Source: Octopus vulgaris (Eukaryota). Taken from it: a DNA stretch of 64,000 bases. The stretch is taken from positions 29,264,001 to 29,328,000 of the forward strand of contig OX597814.1 in assembly GCA_951406725.2 (NCBI GenBank), written 5' to 3'. The position numbers and the translations under genes are program-made. Shown one piece after another: positions 10,995 to 22,741 of this stretch; position 1 is the first letter of the stretch, and each line of letters begins with the position of its first letter. Below the pieces are notes generated by a model that saw only the letters and a list, made by a program, of their open reading frames with translations, was not told the origin of the DNA and did not search any database.

Positions 10995-12974
10995 TGCGCA
11001 TGTGCGAGTCAGTGTTGTGTTTGCTACTGAAGCAGTGAAGATGTGCTTTTGAAGCCGTCTTGAATTGAAACTTTGGAAGCCCCATGTAAGGTAAGATTCT
11101 GTTTTCTGTGTCCAGTGGGAGTTTTTGTTGAGAATTATTTTTTACATGCAGGAAGTCCTACTGGATTCAGAATTCTGATTCTGCCGACATGTGGGAAATA
11201 TATTTTTCTCGCTGAGAAAATTTTGGGGGGCGTATCCGTCTTCGAATTGTGAAAATTGCATGGTGCTGTGAAGAACTACCAATTTTACACCAATTTTTGT
11301 GGAAGTTGTGCGATCCTGGTTCGATTTAGGCCGGGAGTACCAAATGGCCAAAAGGATTTTGCTGTGTTTTTGACTTTCTTTTTAACTTTATTTGACTTTC
11401 TTTTCAACTTTATTTGACTCTCTCCGTTTTTCATTGTGACATTCTTCGGATTTCCTTTTCTTCTCGTTTTTTAGTTTTATTCTAAATACATTTATTTAAA
11501 AAAAAACAAAAAAACATGGCAACAAAAGAAACCACCGCTTTGGAATGGGAGGTCGTCCCACCCAAGCAGTGGATTGAAAGTCTTGAGAAGAGGACGGTGG
11601 TCCTACGAACCTATTCTAGGTCGCGTGGAGCCATTGCCCTCTTCGACAAGAATACTATAGAGAAAGAGTTGGGGGACTACCTGCCAACTATAAAATTTAT
11701 TTCTCGGGGAGTAAATTTGCAACGGTCTGGTTGCTGTTTGGTACCCCCGAGGAAGCTAGCAGATTTGCTAGCGAGCCACTGGAGGGAGAGGAAATTTTGT
11801 TCCTCCCCTCGTATTGTGGCAGAAAAGTGAAAAGAGCCTGGGTGTGTGGGCTGCCCCCGGGCACGGAGGCGGAATGGATCGAGAAGACCATCCGGCGAGG
11901 CCTGGGGGATAGCGGACCCAGACTGCTGAGTGTGAAGGTGGCTCCCGCGGTCGCCTGGCAGGGGTCGAGGGCAACTTTGACCCTGTGGACACCGATAGCC
12001 GTGGGGGAAATGAAATTCCCGGACTTCCTGAGAATGGCTGGGCACAGGTACCCGGTGATACTCGAGGGTCGCCCCCCCAAGTGTCACCTGTGCCTGAAGC
12101 CCGGACATATCAGGAAGAATTGTCCCAGGGGCCGTAGTGGTGCCCCGGAGCAGAGAGGGGAAAAGGCGCCCGCCGCCCCCTCATTGGAGGGGGAGACGAT
12201 GGAAGTCGTGGAGGAGGTTGCCTCCACGAAAAGAAAGAGAAAGGCGAGCAACAATGGTTGCCCGCCAAAGAACGCTCAGGGGGCGAAGGGGGATAGCAAT
12301 CCCCCGTGTCTGGTGACGGAGTCCCCTGGGTCAGCAGTCTCCCCCAAAAGAAGGAGGAGAAAAAGGAGAGGTCGGACGACTGACGTTTCTGTGTCGCCGA
12401 CGGAGCCGCGGGTGGGATGTGTGCCACCCGCGGACAAGGCTCCGCCAGTAGGAAGTGTGCCACCGACGGAGCAGTGTGAGGTCCCTCCCTGTGAAGAGGA
12501 GATGCTTCTCCTCCTTTACCACAAGGGAGAGGAGGTTGAAAGATTCTTGAATGGCTTGGGTGACCGAGAGCGTAAGGACACGGTCGGCTCAAGGAGTCCG
12601 TTATGGCCTCCGCAGGTAGCTGCGGAAAAAGTAACAGAAGATACTTTGTCAAGGGTCGCAGAGACCTTTGAAAAGAAAGACTTTACCTTTCTCTTTGCAG
12701 GCCCCGACTTGTCGTCGCAGAGTTGTCTGCAGGCGGCAAGACAATTTGCTTCGGGGACCTGACGAGAAGAATTGTTGAACATTTTTATGTAATTTGAATC
12801 ATTGTTTATTAAATGTATTTATTGAAACATTGTTTTAGAGAAGCAAAAGTCGGCGGGCGCTTTCGACTTCTCCCATCACCATCTTCATCCACCACCACCA
12901 TCATCCATTAATGTCCTTGTCCAGCCCGTAGCTACTACTCTGTGTGCTGCCCTAGTGGCAAATTATATAAAATA
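10995..12974 (+). mobile_element. ORF1-only element, unit 3 (subfamily I)
   Basis: Target 15-mer at 10980-10994 and 12975-12989. Confidence 0.85.
11516..12762 (+). CDS. ORF1-like CCHC zinc-knuckle protein, 1 frameshift (G-run near 11706)
   Basis: ORFs 11516 and 11731 (343 aa) join; 1247 nt plus 1 gives 1248 nt. Confidence 0.8.
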
Positions 12975-12992
12975 AAGTAGCTTGCTAACCAG

Positions 12993-15230
12993 ACATGCGC
13001 AGTTAGTCGGTTGCTTCCTGTTGAGCTAGAGTGGACGTGAGTAACAAGCTTTGTCCAACTAAAGAAAAAAGACCAAAAACGGAAAGTTGTCGAGGTAAGT
13101 GATTTTGTTTATTGTGAGTTGGGCATAATTTATTGCGTGCCAATTATTATTTCAGTAGGTTGTGTCCAACTCTGAGACAATTTCGCCTGCGCTAGGCGGC
13201 TGCCGTTTTTGTGTTCATTGAAAAAAAAAAAAAAAAAAGAAAAAACAGTGGAGGGGCGTATCCTCAGAATTCAATACAGTTACTGTTAAAATCACCGTTG
13301 GCGGTAGCCAGTGCTGTGTTTGGATTTGTTGAATTTATTCCCTTGTCAGAGTACTTCGCAAGAAAAGTATAAAAATAAGCCACTATTGGATTACCTTTCG
13401 GACCCTTTTTGTGGAGGTTGTGTTGCAGTTGCGGTGTTCCAGGTTCAACCCAGGCCGGGAGTACCGCAAGGCCAGAATATTTTTGCTGTGTTTTTTCTGT
13501 TTATTAACTTTCTTTTGAACTTCATTTACCCCCCCCCTTTTGTTTTTTCTTTATTGCGACTTTCCGTTAATTTCTTCCCTTCTGTTGTGCTTTCTCCTTT
13601 TTGTTTTTTCAAAAATCTATCAAATTTATTTAGACTTTTGAACTTTTTTCTTCCTGCTTTTGAGTCTAATTTGAATATATTTTTAAAAAACATGGCAATG
13701 AAAAATAACAAAGTTTTGGAGTGGGAAATCATACCACCCAAAAAGTGGTTGAAGGACCGTGAAGATAGGACGGTGGTGTTGAGAACCTACTCCAAGGCAC
13801 TTGACACCATCGCCCTATTCGAAAAGACGGCAATTGAGGAGGAGTTGGAGGAGTATTTGCCAACAATTAAATTCATTTCCAGGGGTGTCAAATATGGAAC
13901 GGTGTGGTTGCTGTTTGACACCCCTGAAGAGGCTTGCAAATTTGCTAGCGAACCCTTGGAGGGTAAGGAAATCTTATTCCTGCCCACTTACAAAAAAAAG
14001 AAATTGATGAAAGCTTGGATCTGCGGACTGCCACCCGACATAGAACCCGAGTGGATAGAGGAGACTATCCGCCGGGGTCTGGGTGACAGCGAAACTAAGC
14101 TCCTCAATGTAAAAGTTCTTCCTGCGGCTGCTTGGGTTGGCTCGAAAGCAGTTTTGACCCTGTGGACCCAATCAGCCAATCTGGTTTTCCAGATTTTTTG
14201 AAAATGGCCGGGTGCAGGTACCCGGTGATGCTTGAGGGTCGCCCCCCTAAGTGTCATCGGTGCTTGGAGTCCGGCCACATAAAGAAGAACTGTCCTCGGG
14301 AACAAAATAGGATCCCGGAACAGTTACGTAAAACCCCTCTAGAAGAGGGAACGATAACGGCCGAGAAAGCAGAGGACTCCTCAAGCAGAGGCCGAAAGAG
14401 GAAGGTGAGCAACAATGGGTGCTCACCAAAGGATAATAGGGATGAGGAGAGGAGGGCGAATCTTCCAGCCACGGAGGAGACGCACCCTCCCTCAGTTGAA
14501 AAGGAAAAAAAAAGAAAAAGAGGAAGAAAAACGGGACGTTGCCGGCTGTCAGTGTGGCACCGGAATGTCGCGGAACTACGTCGGTTGGGGTTGTGCCACC
14601 GACAAGAGAAGGAATACCGTTGGCGGAAACTGTGCCGCCAACGAAAGAACTGAATGTATTGGTCCTCTTCTATAGAGGAGGAGAAATTGAAAAAGTGATG
14701 GAAGAGCACTACAAGGGAGCACCTTTAGCCTTCACACAGGACCCCGAATGGCCTCCGCAGGTAGCTGTGGAGGCCGTGGCGTTCGACGTGACGCTAGGGC
14801 TAAAGGAGCTCAATGAAGACTATAACTTGGTCCCGGGCGACGCGAACTCGGAACTTGACTACGTTCTGAGGGAGGCGTGGTTGATGGTGGAGGGCGCGGG
14901 CACAAGCTATTTCGAGGACGATATGTATTATTAGTAATGGACTTAAGTCCAAAAATTGAAAAATTGTAAGAGGATTAATACCTCGTTTTGTATTAATAAT
15001 GGACTGCTAAGCCCAAAATTGGAAAAATTGTAAGAGGTTTAATACCTCGTTTTGTGTTAATCTTTTTAAAAAGAACAATGTTTTAGAGAAGCAAAAGTCG
15101 GCGGGCGCTTTCTGTCTTCTCCCATCCTTATCATCTTTCTTTCATTATCATTCACCTCATTAATGTCCTCGTCCAGCCCGCAAAGCTAACTTAATCTGTG
15201 TACTGCCTTTATGGCAAATGTTTTGAAATA
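12993..15230 (+). mobile_element. ORF1-only element, unit 4 (divergent subfamily II)
   Basis: Flanked by AAGTAGCTTGCTAACCAG (12975-12992) and AAGTAGCTTGCTTACCAG (15231-15248); ORF and UTR blocks homologous to units 1-3. Confidence 0.85.
13692..14934 (+). CDS. Paralogous ORF1-like CCHC zinc-knuckle protein, 2 frameshifts (~414 aa)
   Basis: MAMKNNKVLEWEIIPPKKW...RTVVLRTYS...EGRPPKCHRCLESGHIKKNC...WPPQVAVEAV, collinear with units 1-3. Confidence 0.75.
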
Positions 15231-15371
15231 AAGTAGCTTGCTTACCAGCCACATGGTTCCGGGTTCAGTTCCACTGCGTGGCATCTTGGGCAAGTGTCTT
15301 CTGCTATAGCCCCGGGCCAACCTATGCTTTGTGAGTGGATTTGGTAGACGGAAACTGAAAGAAGCCTGTCG

Positions 15372-15408
<37 letters not shown>

Positions 15409-15618
15409 ATGTGTTTGTGTGTCTGTGTTTGTCCCCCTAGCATTGCTTGACAACCGATGCTGGTGTGTTTACGTCCCCGTCACTTAGCGGTTCGGCGAAA
15501 GAGACCGATAGAATAAGTACTGGGCTTACAAAGAATAAGTCCCGGGGTTGAGTTGCTCGACTAAAAAGGCGGTGCTCCAGCATGGCCGCAGTCAAATGAC
15601 TGAAACAAGTAAAAGAGT
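15231..15618 (+). mobile_element. 3' portion of the split SINE A (B-box, body, tail)
   Basis: Continues the head sequence from 7003 onward and ends GACTGAAACAAGTAAAAGAG. Confidence 0.9.
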
Positions 15619-15619
15619 A

Positions 15620-15745
15620 TTTACTGTCTGGCATTGGTCGTTAAAAAAGGACCAATTCATTGACAACGTCAGTTTAATGTCACGCAAAAGTTATTGAACG
15701 AATTGGGATACGAAACTATACCGCACCTAACTTTACTTCACCCAA
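15620..15745 (+). pseudogene. Mariner transposase remnant, middle part
   Basis: LALV..KGPI..DN and LNELGYETIPH match mariner ALVNRKGPILLHDN and LNELGYExLPHPPYSPDL. Confidence 0.7.
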
Positions 15746-16320
15746 CTATACTGCACCCAGCTTTTTTAACTTTCTAAGCCTGAAGGAAGGAGCGGCTGTA
15801 CTCATGATTTTTGTAGGCTCTCCGGGACCAGTGAGTTTTTTGGTAATGTATCATCTGCAGGAAAGATATGAGCCGGGCGAAAATTCCAGGGGACTATGTT
15901 CTGGGGAGAAAGGATATCCTTAGTGGTTAGTGCGAAGAGTGAGTGCTGGACGTAACAAGGATGACAAGAGGTGAAGAGACGAGTGAGTTGGCGTATCTGA
16001 GTGGTGGAGATACGAGACCAGCCAGTTTCGAAGAGCAAAGGACATTATAGTAGCAACAGAAACACAGAGACAAGAGACAGCACACCCTTAAACCAGAAGC
16101 TAGAGTGTTCCTGCTAGTGATTGAGCGCCAGTTAGTTACGTAGGCCTTCTCTTGATGCAGCGTGGAATATATGTGAAAGTAGCAGTAGAACTCTCCCTGA
16201 TGTGGGAGAAGTATTCTATTGAGAGTCTCAGCTGAGCTTTGTAGTGTGTCAGCACTTGTTAGGAGCTAGAATATTTTCTGGCAATGGAAAGAATGGCTTT
16301 GGAATGTGGTGCTCAATAGA
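15745..16320 (-). mobile_element. 5'-truncated CR1/L2-group LINE 3' fragment, degraded
   Basis: Minus-strand pieces VLTHYKAQLRLSIEYFSHI, YYNVLCSSKLAGLV, SFLPRT and WN..AHIFP are typical of the ORF2 C-terminus. Confidence 0.65.
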
Positions 16321-16583
16321 TCACTCCTTAACTGACTACCAATTTTTTTCCAAGTACCTCAGTAACTTTTTGCAAAACTAGGACTTCCAACAACCAAACA
16401 ACTGCACAAAAATGCTTCCATCGATTCCAGAACTCCAAAATCCAGTGCTACCGAAATAAGTGTTTCTTGTGGACAAAATTATGCAGATTTCACTAGTTAA
16501 TATTTCGATTAATAAAATTTAGTTTGAGATATTGTTTTAAAATTGATGGTTAAAACCGCAATTATTTTTGTACAAACACGGTA
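16321..16583 (+). pseudogene. Mariner transposase C-terminus and 3' TIR
   Basis: TDYQFFSKYLSNFLQ, IDSRTP and YFD* followed by AAAACCGCAATTATTTTTGTACAAAC, which resembles an Hsmar-type TIR. Confidence 0.7.
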
Positions 16584-17944
16584 TTTTGGAAGTGCGTTAA
16601 TATTCTAATTTTTCATTCCTTCAACTCTTTTAAATTAAAGGTTTTATATTAATGAAAGAATATATAATTAAATAATTAACGTTTGCAATTATTTTCTGTT
16701 AACAATGATCCGAAGGGAACATATAAATGCTGTTAAAATGGGGTGGCGAACCGGTAGAAATCATAGAACACCAAAATAAATGCCTCACAATAATTAATCT
16801 ATTGAATAAACACCAGTCATTTACTGGGTGTTATTTAAACGTTAATGAATTATATGGGCTTGTGTTTATTTAAAAGAATGTTTTGAAAGCAAAAATTGTG
16901 AACCTATGATTTATTCATGACATATTGTTTCAAATTTTGGCAGAAATCCAACAGTTTTAGACGGAGTGGGGTTAGCCAATTACATCGATCCCAGTACTTG
17001 ACAGGTACTTTATTTTTTCGACATTGGCAGGATGAACGGTAAAGAAGACTTCGGTGGTATTTGAACTCACTTGTGCCATACATCAGTTGGCTAAAAATAA
17101 GCAACGCCAAGTTCGTAATATTTGATATTCGGATGGAATTTAGCAGTGACGAAAGTAAACTGATGACAATTAATAACAATAGAATAGAATACACAGAATC
17201 GCAACATGCCAACATAACAGCACAATAACAGAAACTTGATACTGTAAACTAATTGTATCACCAACGAAGAATCACGATCAGAAATTCTCACAGGAATTGT
17301 ATAAACAATAAAATATTTACACATGTATTTTAGTCATTGAAATATATATGAAAAAAAAAGGAATAACAGTATTTTTATGTAATCCAAGACTAAGATTCTA
17401 TGTGCTCTGGTTCTTTCCACCTTCTTGTACAAATGGGCACACATCAGTTTTCGAAAGGAAATCAGCGTAGTATATTTTCGAAAGATTTGGAGATTTGTAT
17501 TGACATATCAGATTACAAACAATGTTGCTGCAAATTATAACATCTTGAACGTTACATTTTTTAATTAATAACTGAGAGAAAAAGTATCTTCTCTAGCGTT
17601 TATAGACTCTCTGAGTTTGGTGACTTTGAAGTAACTTTTTTCAGCTTGAATTTTTGTAGATCAATATTTACAGTAAAAAAAGTTAATAAATTATAAATTT
17701 TTTTTTTAAAAACTGGCGATGAAGAAATTCCAGACTAGCATCCTGTAGATACGATACCTGTGTATGGAACAACTGCACCCGCCCAAATGGTGAATAGCAG
17801 CAGATGTGACCTAGCTTTTATAACGATTTTGAGAGTCTTAATTGTAATATCCATGTGTAGCGGAGTGGGGTCTAGTGAAATACTATTTTCTTGTTGTGTG
17901 TAGCATTTGTTATTGCAATGTTGAAGACGATGATACCATGTTCC

Positions 17945-18322
17945 CATCGAAATGCTTTGTGGTATTTCGTCCGACCCTGCGTTCTGAGTTCAAATTCCGC
18001 CGAGGTTGACTTTGCCTTTCATCCTTTCGGGGTCGATACATTAAGTACCAGTTACGCACTTGGGTCGATGTAATCGACTTAATCCCTTTGTCTGTCCTTG
18101 TTTGTCCTCTCTGTGTTTAGCCCCTTGTGGCTAGTAAAGAAATAGGTATTTCGTCCGGCGCTGCGTTCTGAGTTCAAATTCCGCCGAGGTCGACTTTGCC
18201 TTTCATCCTTTCGGGGTCGATACATTAAGCACCAGTTACGCACTGGGGTCGATGTAATCGACTTAATCCGCCTGTCCTTGTTTGTCCCCTCTATGCTTAG
18301 CCCCTTGTGTCAATAAAGAATT
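17945..18322 (+). mobile_element. SINE family C (2 units)
   Basis: Family C body occurs twice. Confidence 0.8.
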
Positions 18323-19258
18323 AAGAAACAGTTGATTAACAACTCTTATTTTGGGCAATTAAGAAGGTAGTGAAACAACGGATACATTAAAATAAAGGTA
18401 GAAGGGGAACTTGGAATTGGAATAACTGATTGTCTCTTTTGCTGATACCCAAGTGAGACAGGTGAACGCAGAGATGAGAATCTTTCCAAGGGCAGCCAAG
18501 ATTTTCCAGAGCGTAGTTAGAATAAAGAGTGTAACGTGATGTATTATGGCAAAATAACATTTAAAAATTACTACATGTTGGATTACCACCAGTAGAAATA
18601 GTACTCAATGTGTCATATAGAATTCTTCATTTGAAAGAGGAAATAGTTCTTGCTATTATTAGTCAGATGCTTCATTCTTTTTTCTTTCATAGCAATCCAA
18701 AATGCTCCCTTCCTTCGCGCTAATGATGCAGCCTCGACAAGGTTACTCGACCTGCTAGAAATAGCATCCAACTACCACCACATTCCATTCTAATTGTCTG
18801 TTCAATCAGGGCTAACTTGAGATAAAACATTAACTTAATTTTTTTTTATTTCGTTTTACTCCATTGATTCTTACTTACTCAGGTCAGCAGTAGTCTTCTC
18901 GAATCATAATAATAATATTTGATGCAGTATGAATTTGCACAGAGCATGGTATTTAGTAACCATGGTTATTAACATTATTCTTGACTTAGTGTGCATATGG
19001 AGCATTTAAAATTGGTTTTCTGTCTGTCTGCCAGAGGTTTATTGCAATTCTTTTACACCCATTGATTGCAATGCTTACTTAACATAACGCTTATACTGTT
19101 TATCTATGTTGATCTAGCAATTTAATGCTAACAAAAACTCTTTAAATCCTCCTTTGAGCTTCCACTAATTTGTTGTCTCATTATTCCCTGGTCATTCCAC
19201 AATAACATAAACACTGGTTCACACATGCACGCACGCACACACAAATACACACATGCGT

Positions 19259-19319
<61 letters not shown>

Positions 19320-20923
19320 CACAGCTTTTCTCAATCTTAAATGGTTTTATCATATATTTTCTCTTGATATAAGTTAAACAATTCTAGAAATTGAGATGGA
19401 TTCATATGCAAATATGTTACGGGGAGTTCTACAACTGTTTGTCCATTAACTGGACAGTGGAGTGGGAATGGCATCTAATTCTACACATATACACTGAATT
19501 AACTAAAGGAATCGCATTCCCTTTGAGGAATCACTATAACAGAAGTATTGATAGATGTCTAACATCTTGATTACTTGTAGTCTTGTTATCTACAAATAAA
19601 CTGTCCGAATCACCACCTTCGTTCTCAAGTAGTAGTAGTAGTAGTAGCAGGAGGAGGAGGAGGAGTTGTTGTTGTTTGTGTTGTTATTCGTGTTATCATT
19701 CTGTAATCTTGTAAACCACATTTCTTGATAAAGAGGCGTATTAACAAACTGAAATCCAGTTAAATATACAACTCTTACAAATCTTTACATAAAATAATGG
19801 ACAATAGATAGAACGAAAAAGAAAGACTTAGGCTTAGGCCTATTCCAGGTAGGATTACGAATGGAAATAACATCGATAAGCTGAAGGACACAAAATTAGT
19901 AAACAGCAAAACAAAAGTGGGGTGCGTATAGACAACTACATTCTCTTCACAATATCCGCGATTTAATTTAAGCAGACATAGACGTTACATCATCAGCTGC
20001 TCCGTCGAAAATTATTGTGGTTTCGACCAAGCGGTTCCGTTCAAGCCAGTGGTATTCACAGAGTTCAAAAATTATAAAACGTAGCGTAATGAAAAAAAAT
20101 ACCACACACATATACTTGTGATAGAATAGAGCCCCTACATCATATGACACAACGTGTACTTTTCCAAACTAATAATAACATAAAATGTAAAAAGTATATG
20201 GCTCACCCGAGATCTAAAAGGATTAATGCCTACAACTTACTACGGTTGATGAAATTAAACGGATAAACAAGCATTAAACTAGTGCTTAATGACGAAATTA
20301 AAATAAAGAAGAATGAAAGGATTAAACTACTGCTTATTAAACTTATGAAACTTGTTAAACTTATTAAACTTTTGTATTGATGACTAACGGAATTAAAATG
20401 AAAAAGACACTACCCTTGTGTTAATCAAACAATAAACCAATTAGAATTACAATAAACATTAAAAAGAATCATGAACCATAATTATACACGTTAACTGACA
20501 CACGTGTTTTATGTAAAAGCGATACTAGCACAATTAGCGCAAATCACTTACTTGGAACCCAAAAAGATTACTGCCTACAGGATAAACATACATTAAATTA
20601 GTAGATAACGAAAGAAGCTAAAATATAAAGGAATAAACAGTCACAAATTATTGCTTATTAAGAATGTGTATTAATGGTTACTAAAACAAAATTAGATAAA
20701 ATGAAAAAGAGCAATTAAACAATAAACCAATTAAATTTAATATCAACGTAAAGAAAATATCAAATATCAAACCATCTAGCTAACATATATGTAATCAACC
20801 GCAAATATTGCGTAACTTTTCACATGAAATCATTTGTGTAATGGCGTTAAAAAGGTAGTGGTGCTGAAACAATTTTGACTAGTAATAGCGACGTGCCAAA
20901 TTCATCTTCTGTTTTCTTATTTC

Positions 20924-20968
<45 letters not shown>

Positions 20969-21020
20969 CACAGCTCATAAGCTGAAACTGGAATCAATCA
21001 ATCAATCAATATATATATAT

Positions 21021-21072
<52 letters not shown>

Positions 21073-21371
21073 GGTGAGGACGTATGTATGTACGTAAATA
21101 CGTAAAAGGTAACATAGTGGATGCTGTACAGAAAGAAATTTGAATTTTTTCTAAAATTTAACTCTAAGCAGGAGAAGGAGCTCGTCGAAAATCTAACGTC
21201 ATTTTAAATTTAATTCCTTTTTGACTTATTCTTGTTATTTTTGCTTATGGAAATTACTCTTAGACAAAAATATACATAATTATTTTTCTACATTGAAAGT
21301 TTAATATCTGATTAACAGGCAAGTTCTAGCAAGTAATATACAAACGATATCTAAGAGACTGAAACATATAC

Positions 21372-21515
21372 AGGCATAGGAGTGGTTGTGTGGAAATGAG
21401 CTTGCTTACCAACCACACCTTTGCCACAAGTATCTTCTACTATAGCCTCGGACCGACCAAAGCCTTGGGAGCGGATTTAGTAGACGGAAACTGAAATAAG
21501 CCCGTCGTATATATG

Positions 21516-21554
<39 letters not shown>

Positions 21555-21561
21555 ATATATT

Positions 21562-21592
<31 letters not shown>

Positions 21593-21601
21593 ATATATTT
21601 A

Positions 21602-21638
<37 letters not shown>

Positions 21639-21885
21639 ATGTATGTATATGTGTGTATGTGTACGTGTCTATGTGTCTGTGTCCTCCCCCCAAACCGCTT
21701 AACAACCGGTGCTGGTGTGTTTACGTCCCGTAACTAAGCGGTTCAGAAAAAAAAACAGAAAGATAGAATAAGAACCAGGCTTTGAAAAATATAAGCGATA
21801 CATTCGACCAAATATTCTTCAAGGCGGGGCCCCAGCATGGCCGCACTCAAATGGCTGAAACAAGTAAAAGACAAATGACAAAAGA
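21372..21885 (+). mobile_element. SINE family A, diverged with an internal deletion
   Basis: Head, (TA)n core and tail are recognisable. Confidence 0.8.
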
Positions 21886-22016
21886 TATGTATACACTTGT
21901 TCCTGCCTGTGACAAATTATCAGAATCGGACAATCTTTTCCTCGGCGGGTAAATCAATTAGAGAAGCTTATTTTGGATTTCTTTAAATTATCTCCCTTTT
22001 TCCTTGAGAGTTGCCA

Positions 22017-22556
22017 TACTCTTTTACTCTTTTACTTGTTTCAGTCATATGACTGCGGCCATGCTGGAGCACCGCCTTTTTAGTCGAGCAACTCGACCCC
22101 GGGACTTATTCTTTGTAAGCCCAGTACTTATTCTATCGGTCTCTTTCGCCGAACCGCTAAGTGACGGGGACGTAAACACACCAGCATCGGTTGTCAAGCA
22201 ATGCTAGGGGGACAAACACAGACACACACATATATATATATATATATATGCTGGTGTGTTTACGTCCCCGTCACTTAGCGGTTCGGCGAAAGAGACCGAT
22301 AGAATAAGTACTGGGCTTACAAAGAATAAGTCCCGGGGTCGAGTTGCTCGACTAAAAAGGCGGTGCTCCAGCATGGCCGCAGTCATATATATACGACAGG
22401 CTTCTTTCAGTTTCCGTCTACCAAATCCACTCACAAGGTATTGGTCGGCCCGGGGCTATAGCAGAAGACACTTGCCCAAGATGCCACGCAGTGGGACTGA
22501 ACCCGGAACCATGTGGCTGGTAAGCAAGCTACTTACCACACAGCCACTCCTGCGCC
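22017..22556 (-). mobile_element. SINE family A with an internal inverted duplication
   Basis: 22248-22388 is the reverse complement of 22047-22187. Confidence 0.9.
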
Positions 22557-22741
22557 ATCATGTCTTTTTGTTGGTTTTTTTTTTTTTGGTTTTTTTTATC
22601 GCCGTTCCGTCTTCTACTTGGGGGGAAAAAAAGTCAAATAGTTAAGAATCTATTGTGCACAGGATTCAGTAATCCACCCTTAAATGTAAGTATGGAAATT
22701 CATGTCTTTGGCCCTTTGAGCATTGAGTTATTCTCTTACCT

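Noticed and set aside
7630-12782. Long minus-strand ORFs (up to 324 aa) over the array
   Set aside because: Antisense shadows of a GC-rich coding strand. They are not conserved in unit 4, whereas the plus-strand protein is.
13311-13691. N-terminal extension of the unit 4 ORF
   Set aside because: Phe/Leu-rich read-through of the T-rich UTR from a non-ATG start; homology with units 1-3 begins at ATG 13692.
7003-15246. CRISPR-like or LTR interpretation of the recurring 15-mer
   Set aside because: The spacers are 2-kb homologous coding units, the repeat is part of the SINE head, and there are no LTRs, PBS or cas genes.
20200-20760. Diverged ~350-bp AT-rich duplication
   Set aside because: Only short matching patches (AAAA.GATTA.TGCCTACA; AAACAATAAACCAATTA), consistent with an old neutral duplication.
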